Shown here: in pieces, positions 54,285-64,000 of the stretch
Layout: every line of letters begins with the position of its first letter
Position numbering within the stretch: position 1 is the stretch's first letter
From: the human T2T-CHM13v2.0 reference genome, Homo sapiens
Reading direction: 5' to 3' (one strand)
DNA length: 64,000 nt
Assembly: GCF_009914755.1 (NCBI RefSeq)
Contig: NC_060928.1
Made by a program: the position numbers and the translations under genes
Notes under the pieces: generated by a model
The model's database searches: none
What the model saw: only the letters and a program-made list of their open reading frames with translations
What the model was told of the DNA's origin: nothing

Positions 54285-55384
54285 ATAGTCATAGCCCATA
54301 ATATTATACCATTATAGAGTCATAACCTATATTTATCCATATACAACCCATATAGTTCTCATAAGATGTTATTACAAAAACTATTTCATTTTAGAAATGA
54401 GGAATCTTAGGCATAGGCTTATTTGTGTTACAGTTGTATAGCTAGTAAGTGGCAGTTGGAATCTGAACTCAAAAAACGTGGCTCTGGGACTGTTTCATAA
54501 CATTTCCTCAAGGGACTGGGGAATAGATCACTCAGCCTCTGCAAGGATCACAACATTACTCAGGCACCTTAAAGATGATGACATTGTGAGTGATGTTCTT
54601 TTCATTATCTCTTCTAACTTATTTTTCTGTTATATAGGAAGGCTATGGATTTTTATATATTTTGCTATTGGGTAACTTACTGACCTCCATTATTAATTAT
54701 AATAGCTTTTCAATGATACCTTCTATGTTTTCTGGAAGCATGATAATCATGTCTACATACTTTTTTTCACTTTTTTTTTCAGTTTAATTGTTATACCCTG
54801 TATCAGCTTCCTGCTTTATCAGATTGGGTGTAATGTAGGTCTCCTTAAAAATTAATTGGAATGATGGAAATATTGTGGAATTTTTGATATGTTATAAGCA
54901 GGTAAGAAGCTTTTCAGGAATAATGTAATAATGGTTTGGGTTCAGATGATGGCATGAGAAATTCAATATCTATTAGAGAGAGATTTTATATTAAAAATTG
55001 ACTGAACTTGGAGATACGGGATGAGAAAAAGTAAAAGGTTTTGAATCTGAAGTATGCAAGTCCAATTGATAATGATCAGGAAATTGACTGTGTTTTAACA
55101 GCTGTTGAATTCCACTGATCTATTCATCTGAAACAAAATTACTGAAAGGAAATAATTAAAGTTTTCAGCTTATAAACAGGTTTAGGAATGCTCCTTCTTT
55201 AAAGGAAATTCAAATACATTTTTATTTTTATAGCCTCTCCATGGTCTGATATTTAATATAACTACTTATAAAATACATATATAAAGTTAATATAATATTT
55301 ATCTAATATAAAGTAACCTGAAAAGCATTATATGGATGAATATAAACTTTTAAAACTCTGAGATGGATAACAACCTGTTTTTCA

Positions 55385-55550
55385 AATTTAGTTTACTTCA
55401 AAATCATTAGAGTAGCTCTTAAAGCCCCAATCTTAGAGAGTCTTGATTCCATTAGTCTGGAGGGGAGCTTGGGAATCTACATTTTCAGCTATTAGTCCAG
55501 GTAATTTTGAAAAACTGGTCCACAGACTATGCTTTTAGATACCCTGGTCT
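55385..55550. mobile_element. MER5A-like MITE
   Basis: gagagtcttgattccattagtctggagggg...gggaatctacattt...ccaggtaatt...ggtccacagacta. Confidence 0.6.
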
Positions 55551-56299
55551 AGGTCTTTACAGTCTACACCAGCACGTTGCATTTGTGTGCTGTATTTGAT
55601 ACACTTATCCTTGTCATTCACACACTGAATTTCAATACCGTCTAATGTTTCTTTGAGCATTACATGTTGTTAAATTTTTCCATATCCCTGTCCATATGGT
55701 TCTGACTTCTTAGAATGTTCTGATTTGCCTACCAGATTAACAAGCAGGCTATCCTTCTAAACTCTCTCCAGACTCAGGAGAGCCTTGGTTTCCACCCCCA
55801 GTTGGAGTCTCTGCATGCCACTCCAACATGCAGGGTGCAGCACAGTCCCCTCTCAGCTCTGGTGGAATAAAACAGAAGGACCATGGGTGTGGTAGCTTTC
55901 TTGTACACATATGGAAACCTCCATGACAGTCCCCAACCCGTGGAAAGATACTGTTCTTTGCAGAGCTTGCCATCACAACCAAAGGAAGATTCAACAAAAG
56001 TAAAAACCAAATTGAAAAAAAGAAAGTACTTCTGTTACTCCTACTTATTTTTCTTAGACCAAGGAGGAGACAGAACAATATTTAGTATGGCCTACTTCCT
56101 AAAAATAAAAAAAAGAGTACTGTATATATCTTAGCATAAGGAAAGACAAATCTGCCTGTACAAAGCTTGTATATACTTCAAATAATTACTGATAAAGAGT
56201 AAGGGAACATGATTAAAAATACACTACCACTAAAATTGAGGAATGATGACCAACCTGCTTCTGGATTCTAGGGTCGATTTAACTAACTGCAAGAGCAAT

Positions 56300-56650
56300 A
56301 GAAATAGATTAAAAAACAAGTATATAAAATTACAGCTAGATATTAGGTTGGTGCAAAAGTAATTGTGGCTTTTGTCACTATAATGGCAAAAACAGCAATT
56401 ACTTTTGCACCAACCTAATAGAATTAATTATTGTGTCTTATGGCACTGTAAGATGAGTGTAGTTAAGAATGTATTATATAGTTTCAAATAGCTAGAAAGA
56501 GGATATTGTATGTTTGAAAGACAAAGAAATAAATATTTGAGATGATGGATATGCTAATCACTTTAATCTGATTACTATATGTGTATCACAACATCACTAT
56601 GTATCCCATAAATATGAATAATTATTAAATGTCAATTAAAAAGTTAAAGT
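56300..56650 (+). mobile_element. L1MA-like 3' end (host of MADE1)
   Basis: aaaattacagctaga...ttcaaatagctagaaagaggatattg...tgagatgatggatatgctaat...tgtcaattaaa. Confidence 0.82.
56343..56418. mobile_element. MADE1 (Hsmar1-derived palindromic MITE)
   Basis: ta-ttaggttggtgcaaaagtaattg...caattacttttgcaccaacctaa-ta; TA duplication. Confidence 0.96.
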
Positions 56651-58699
56651 TATATTTTTAATGATAAAAATATGGTGTGGCAACAACCAAAAAAAGGCAC
56701 ACACAATGCTGAACCAGAAATACCATGCTACCACACACCTTGGGCCTATTTACTTGACAGTACATAGACATATTCTACTCACTTCATATCCCTTCCAGCT
56801 GGCATATGACTTGGAAGACTGATTAGGCAGCTCTCTCAGAGACACTTGGAAAGCCAGGGAAACCTGGTGTTGAGTCATGGGAGCTGCACATCCCACAAAT
56901 AAACTCTTGAGTTGGGACTGAAACACAAGGTGCCCTAGTAGCAGCAGTCATTGATGAAGTCAGCCTTGACCTTCTCTCTCTGATTCTATGAGTATCAGAG
57001 AGTCGTGTACTGGCTCTAGGAGTGCCTATTTCTGGGCCATATGCTAAGAATTTAACCGTGGGCTCTGCATACCACATCATGGTAACAGCCAGTTTTAAGA
57101 ATAAACAAAATAAATGCACCCTATCCATTCAAACAAACCAAAACACTGCAGAGCAAGAGAAAAATAAATGTGATCCTTAAGACCATCCTCAAAGAAAATA
57201 TTCCAAGCCATGTCAATCACTGGCAGTATCTATGGGGTAAAGTGATACTTCCAGGACCTGATTAAAAGGAGGCAGCACTAATTTGATGGAGATTTTCAAA
57301 AATCTATGCTTAGAAGCAGTCTCAGCATAACACCATTTATATAATTTGGAAGAAATTTCTCCAATGTGTCTTTATGTGTTTTTCTGGTGAAAGAAATAGG
57401 GAAATCTCTTCTTACCTCTCCTGGGTGGTCCAGTTGTTTCTTCATAGTAGCAGAAAGGGCACAATTTTTTTTTTTCAAAGATGCTAAGTGGAGGTTATTG
57501 CTCTGTCTTTTTGTCTATTGCATTCTTAGCACTGCCTCACTCCTACTTGTTTATGTAAGAGCCCAATAGGGGACTTCCATTATCTTCTTTTTTTTCTAAG
57601 TGTCACCTTCCTTGCTTTTTTCCTTGTTTCCTTTCTGCATGCAGGCATCTTCATTTTCATTTTGCTTCTTTGAAGGGAAAAGTAGTATACTCATTTAAAA
57701 GTATATCTCATTCAAAACATAAGAGAATAATAAATTGAAAGGGAGGACATGAATTGAGAAAACTACAACGCCAAAAACTACAACTGTAGGAGAGAAAAGA
57801 CAAAAAGAACAGTAGATAGTGTGAAACAATCTAGGGTGGAACACTACAAAACTCTATTCAGAAATGCAACAAATTGGATATTCCCTTTAGTCTGTCAGTC
57901 TTCTAGTCTCAATTCTTATATACCATCTTTCTTTTTTTCCTGATGTTCAGTCTGAAGTATTTTCTCTCATGAAAAGAATGGAGTTTTTCAAATGCAAGAG
58001 CCTAATTAGGAAGAAGGTTTTCTATCCTTTCACTATTGCATTGTAAGTTTAAATTCTCTTTTTCTGCACTATTTACAATGGAGGCATTTGTAATAAAGGG
58101 TATCACAGTGGGACACTGCTGTCATTGGTAGTATCAAGATGAGAACTGTAGAGAGAAAATAGACATAAGTTCAAGTACTGTGGTGTCCATTCTTTGTAAG
58201 TGTTTTTGTCTAATGCAATAACAAGCAGGCACATACCATATTGGAACTACACTAAGTGGGTTGTGAAACATCTCGACAATTTAATGAGCCTCAAATTTAG
58301 TTTTGGAAAAAAAGTGCTCACTTCCAAATTTTGACACTACTCTTACAGGGTACTTTTGTTTAGCTTTCAGGCAGGAGCAAAGTAGAAATTGAGATGTTGG
58401 GGAGAAAAGGAAGCATTTTCATGGGAGGGATGTATAGAATATTAGTTTTAATCACATACAACAATGCTTCTCATGCACTTCTTTGACTCTTTAGTATGCA
58501 TAGGAATCGCAGGGAGAGCAATATTCCCAAACTTTGCCACCAGCAGTTCTGTAAAAGAACCCAATAATTTTCACTTCCAATAAACTTCCTGGTGATGCCC
58601 ATATTTCCAGTACATACATGGGCCTCACTTTGAGTAGCAAGGACAGAACGGACAATATTTCTGAAGAGAAAGAATCAAAATAAGAGATGCCTGAAATTA

Positions 58700-59440
58700 T
58701 GATGTCATCCTTGACTCCTTCTTTCCCTTGAATCCTAACCCTCTATGCTCTCTCACCTTCTGCCACAATATCTAATCACTGAGTTTTGCAGAAATATCTC
58801 TCTAGTTCACCCCCTTCTTTTCACTCCCACTGTAGTTCAAACCCTACTTATTTCTTGCCTCGATCTTCAGTAGTATCTTGAGTGATTCTCCAGTCTCTGG
58901 TTTTGTCTTAATGTAATCTAGACTCCATGAAACTTTCTAAAATCAAATCTAATCAAACTATTCTTCTGATTAAAATCCAACAAAGGGCTCCAATTCTCTA
59001 CAGAATAAAGCCCACACTTCTTAGCATTGAATGTTAGGCCTTCTTGATCTCCCCTGATCCATCTGTCCAGTCTTCCTTGTAGTAATAGCTCACTCTACTC
59101 ACTGAAAGCAATGCTTTATTTATCTGACAGCCAAGTTGAGCTGCTTGTGGATTCCCAAACAGGCAAAGCCCAAGTCTCTCCCTTGCAATATCTTTACCTT
59201 TCAATCAGAAAACATTTTCATTCATTCTTCAAAAATATGACTTGAACATAAATCATCTGTCAAAATTTCCATGACTCTCAGGTGCATAGAACCCTCCCTC
59301 TTCTGTGGCCATTTGTGAACATGTAGTAATTATTTGCTTATTTTCTTCCCTTCTAAAACAGTGTGATTTCCTCAAAAGCAGAATGAAAAATGCAACTCAT
59401 GCAGGATCTAGCACAAGGTTTACTCAATTAAATTGATTTT
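58700..59440 (+). mobile_element. L2 3' region
   Basis: gtcatccttgactcctt, caaatctaatca, cagaataaagcccacacttcttagc, ctagcaca...ctcaat. Confidence 0.7.
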
Positions 59441-60857
59441 AAGAGAGATGAAACACTATTTAGGATTTTCATTTTTCAGCTGCAGAGAGAAGGGAGGAAA
59501 GATAAAGGAATTGTGCCAAAGCCACTAAAATAAGGACTACATAGTGATGTGATGTCTTTGCTAAAATGAGGTAGTTCAGTCAAACAGGATTTCTGTCTTG
59601 TTAGAAGGCTTACGTGGATCACTGTAAGGACCAAAAAACACTTGGGAACCAATGAGTGTGTCTGTATATCTTTGTGTTTCAATCCGTTTGCCTTAAGTGA
59701 ATTGTTTAAATACTCAGTACAAATATCACCAATTGTATATAGAGCATGCAAATTGCTAACACTTAGGCTATTTTATTCCAGCTGTGCTGTGCTTAGAAAA
59801 ACTGTTGAATATCCCTTACCTCATTAAACATGAAGCTTACAGCAAGTCTGAAGATTTACAAAGCACCTATTTTCCTATTAGCCAAGAGGAAAAAAGAAAC
59901 TTCATAAAGTTTCTTTATAAATAACATAACAAGACACTTGCTCCCTTCCTCCTCTACCATTTCTGTTTGTATATACCAACCAGTGCCGCAAACATGGGTC
60001 ACCATAAAATTACAGCACATTCTTAGATATCTCTAGTAGAGCTGGGGGAAACCCTTAAAGATTTCAACTTTAAGAGGGAATACAAGTTTAAAAAAACAAA
60101 CAAACCTGTGCCCAAACAGGATATGAATAGGAAAGACAGTCATTAGATTGTGTAACATAAACTTATGCTGGCAGAAGTAGGAAAGCAGTAGACTCAGACA
60201 GAGCCACAAGGCAGGTGGTGATCTGATAAATGCAAGTTTTTAAATTGTGTGACTATGAGTTTTGGTTCTCCATATGGCTTCAAGGCAATCTAAGGGATTC
60301 TCCTAGAACATATGCCATCTTGCGTGTTTTTCATAGCCCACATTCTCACAGAAGTGTGACCCGTTTAACTTTTCTTGCTGTTTGCAGTCTATTAAAGCAC
60401 TTTGCTTTCAACATGGGCTCTAGCCTGAAAAGAATGGAATAGAAGAGGAGGTTATTGCGATGATTCGGAGCTCTGATTTGATAATGAAGCTCACACATAT
60501 GCCACTCATGATGCCACTCACAGAGCAGTGGGGCGAGCATCCCATTTCGTTTGGTTCATTTGACCCTAGAGCGTCCTCTTAAGCCTCCCTCTCCTACCTC
60601 TTATTATCATACAGGTAAAAAACAAATTCACACCTCTTGCAACGGCATTTTTGACCCATAAGAGTCCTTAAAGTAGCTCTACCCTTCCCATTGGAGAATA
60701 CAATTTTTCCCTCTAGGAGCATACTGAGCTCACTGTTGCCAAGGAAATTGAGAGAACAGAGCACAATCATTTCCATTTTATTGTCTATTGTCCAGATGAA
60801 TAAGATAAAATATAGCTTATGGATCATTTGTGTGCTAGTGTTATTCTCTTTTTTCAG

Positions 60858-60977
60858 ATTCTCACCTGTAAGCTTGAATTATGTCTACATCATGCTTGGG
60901 AAATGTCCATATATTCTAAGCTTGAAACTGCAGTGATGAGGACGTCACCACTTCCAGAGAGAACACTTTACTACCAG
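60858..60977 (+). other. Candidate 120-bp internal exon (unverified; lncRNA or cryptic)
   Basis: Acceptor ttattctcttttttcag|, donor cag|gtaagg; unique sequence; phase-0 frame open. Confidence 0.3.
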
Positions 60978-61784
60978 GTAAGGCTCTGACTTTTAACTCT
61001 TAAAAATATACATACCACTTTCAAACTAAAAATTATGTAGTATTGGGAAACATCACCAATTCCTTCCTAGTTCCTTTTTGATATTATTTCTCTTCTCTTT
61101 AAACTCTTGGTTATTCTCCTCTGAATAATTCCCATTTTAAGTTTTACTCCATTTAATGTAATTTATGTAAAATAGTATATACTAATTTAATTTTTAATGA
61201 TTAGGTATTTTCTAGTGTTTTTACTTTTGAAATACATATAATTTCACAAGATGTTAAAAATAATTAAAGTTAACCCTTAACACCAAATACAATAAGGCTT
61301 TAAATTTTCAGTATATATGTGTGTGTACATATATACATGTAAATAGACATATAAATTGTTGTGCTCTGAATGGAGGAAAGATGGGTTTTAAGAGTCACAT
61401 AGCAAGATTATCACTTCTAACATTTTCACTTTTTGTCCTTCCATTAATGCAGTATAAGACTACCAGAATGTTAAGTTGAAGTTTATAACATATCATTACA
61501 TATTAGGTTTACCATGAAAAGGAATATCCCAAGGTTTTTTTCTTTAAAAAAATACATACCTTAAACTCATACTGTGTGTTTTTGACCCTAATAAATGAAC
61601 TTACAAGAACTCTATCCATTGCTTTAGTATCATTTTGAGTCTGGCTACTTATTATTAACATACTTATTATTAACACCTTGCCTTCTATTGCTTTGTTTCA
61701 CTGATTTAAATATTGAACAGAATATTCTGCCCTATGGTAAATCTTTCCAGGTTGAAATGTTTAATTTGTAAAAAATGCAGATTT

Positions 61785-62350
61785 AATATCTCATGACCAA
61801 GTACAACTAATCCTGGGAATGTGATTTTTTTCAGCATATGGCATTTAATTAGGATAATTCATTATATCAACAATTTAGAGAAAAATCACTTGATCCTCTC
61901 AGAATATACAAAAGAAAATGAAATTAACAAAATTCAACATCCATTCATGATAAAAATTCTCAGCAAAAGAGGAACAGAAGAGAACTTTCTTAACCTGATA
62001 AAGAACATCTGCACAAAAAGATAGCTAACTTATTAATGATAGAAAACTAAACACTTGCCAAAAAGATAGAAAACAAGACAATTATGTACACTCTTACCAC
62101 TCCTATAAATGTCACACTCGATATTTCAGACAGTTTACTGAGGCAAGAAAAAAAAAAAGAAAATCTATACCAACAGGAATAAAAGATCTAAAACTGTCTC
62201 TATTATTAGGCAATACAATTATCTATTTAGAAAATACCAAATAATCTACAAAAAAAACTATTAGAACTAATAAATAAGTTTAGAAAGTTTGCAGGGTGCA
62301 AAGTCAATATACAAAAAATCATTATACTTCTCTATAATGAAAATCAACTA
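61785..62350 (+). mobile_element. Old L1M ORF2 (RT region) fragment
   Basis: Peptide NKIQHPFMIKILSK...ENFLNLIKNI; aagtcaatatacaaaaaatc. Confidence 0.8.
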
Positions 62351-62354
62351 TTTT

Positions 62355-63185
62355 GGAAGATGGCAAAATAAGAATTCTCTGGGTCCAGTCTTCTTCACAA
62401 AAATCCAGCTAGTAACTATCCACATGCAAGAATACCCCTGTGAATATTCCAGAACATGAAAGTGGGGCTGAGACAACTTCTTGGATTGCAGAACTGAGAA
62501 CAGCTGTACACAAAGAGTAAGAGGAGTTGTTTCACTTTGATTATGTTATTTCTCTCCCAGCTGGCCCAATGCCACACACAGAGGATTCCTAGGAATCATC
62601 ATTTTTACAGAGGGAAAAGAGAATTGGAGACAAACATTCATCATCTCCATCATTCTAAGACTTCTTGCAGGAGACACTCTCTTGTGTAGCCCCATAAGAA
62701 ACATTGGGGGTATTGGTAGGGCTAGACCACCGGGTTTCAGTTAGAAACAAAAAGCAAGAATGGCGCTCACAGAGGCCACTGTAGGGATGGTTGGTTGGTT
62801 GGTTTACATTTTTTCTGCAAATAGCACTGCTCTGAAGAAAACATGGTTAATTGGTCTCCCAGGCTTGAATTCTTGGCTGGTTTTCACCTCCAGCCTCAGT
62901 GCTATCCTTGAAACTTCTCAAGGCCAGGAGATTGGGTCAGGCGGATAACTATCTGAAAAGGGAGAATCTGACCTCGCATGGCCCTTGCTGTCAACCTTCA
63001 AACCACTCAAGCTCTGGTGCACTCTTTAACCCTTCTCTGGGCAAAAAGGCAAGGGCTGGAGGGTGATTATCCACAAAAGGAGCATCTGTTCCCCCAGGTG
63101 CTAATTGGCTAATGTACCAAGCCTTGGTGCTTTACTTAAGACTACCATAGGATGGGAAGCAAACATGGTTGAGTAGTGATTCCAG
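62355..63185 (+). mobile_element. Old L1 5' UTR (L1M2/L1MA-like)
   Basis: ggaagatggcaaaataag start; cagaactgagaacagctg...tttcacttt...agctggc motifs shared with the 5' UTR at 12.5-12.8 kb. Confidence 0.6.
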
Positions 63186-63189
63186 GGAC

Positions 63190-64000
63190 CCCATGTATGG
63201 GTAGAATCGATATTGTAAAAATTACCATATTGTCAAAAGCAATCTACAAATTTAATGCAATTCCTATCAAAATATTATCATCACTCTTCACAAAAGTAGG
63301 AAAAACCATACTAAAATTCATATGAAACCAAAAAAGAGCCTGCATAGCCAATGCAAGACTAAGCAAAAAGAACAAATCTGGAGGCATCATATTACCTGAT
63401 TTCAAACTATACTACAAGGTTATAGTTACAAAACAGAGCAGTACTTGTATAAAAATAGGCACATAGACCAATAGAATAGAATAGAATAGAGAACCTAGAA
63501 ATAAAACCAAATACTTATAGCCAACTGATCTTTGACGAAGCAAACAAAACTAAAGTGGAGAAAGAACACCCTATTCAACAAATGGTGCTGGGATAATTTT
63601 CAAACCACATGCAGAAGTATGAAACTGCATCCTCATCTCTCACCTTATAAAGAAAATCAACTCAAGATGGATAAAATACTTGAATCTAAGACCTGAAACC
63701 ATAAGACTTCTAGAAGATAACATTGGAAAAACTCTTCTAGACATTGGCTTAGGCAAAGAGTTCATGACCAAGCACCCAAAAACAAAAATAAATAGATGGG
63801 ACCTAATTAAACTGAAATGCTTTTGCCCAGCCAAAGAAATAATCAGCAGAGTAAACAGACAATCCACAGAGTGGGAGATAAATCTTTGCAAACTATGCAT
63901 CTGACAAAGGACTAATATCCAGAATCTACAAGAAACTTAAATCAGCAAGAAAAAAACTAATATTCCCATCAAAAAGTAGGCAAAGGACATGAATAGACAA
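63190..64000 (+). mobile_element. L1PB-like ORF2 3' half; runs off window end
   Basis: [31 protein letters not shown]...WDLIKLK; aacaaatctggaggcatcatattacctg. Confidence 0.9.

Noticed and set aside
60200-60225. Possible CTCF site (aggcaggtggtga)
   Set aside because: Lacks the conserved CC at the 5' side of the core; weak match
62355-63250. L1 5' UTR joined to late ORF2 as a second internally deleted L1
   Set aside because: The two parts look like different subfamilies and the 3' end/TSD is outside the window; independent nested insertion is simpler

Overview
AT-rich, gene-poor primate (very likely human) intergenic or deep-intronic DNA. It is identified as primate by AluY/AluS, THE1, MST, MLT2A, MADE1 and L1PA elements. 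More than half the window is recognisable interspersed repeat: a full-length but dead old L1 (29.3-35.8 kb), several L1 fragments, two 5'-inverted (twin-primed) L1s, five Alus, MaLR/ERV-L LTRs, an ERV-L pol/dUTPase remnant, L2, MIR and DNA-transposon MITEs. I found no host protein-coding gene, tRNA, rRNA or CRISPR array, and I cannot support a new multi-gene biological system here. The most unusual signals are structural: a perfect 105-bp hairpin inside a scrambled L1 patchwork, a ~94% identical inverted duplication abutting a perfect 219-bp tandem duplication, a perfect 60-bp tandem duplication, an old ~230-bp dispersed duplication, several perfect short palindromes, a MST/ERV-L deletion junction and one well-formed 120-bp candidate exon. 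Repeat subfamily names come from my recall of consensus sequences and need RepeatMasker/Dfam confirmation. Boundaries of the old repeats are approximate.
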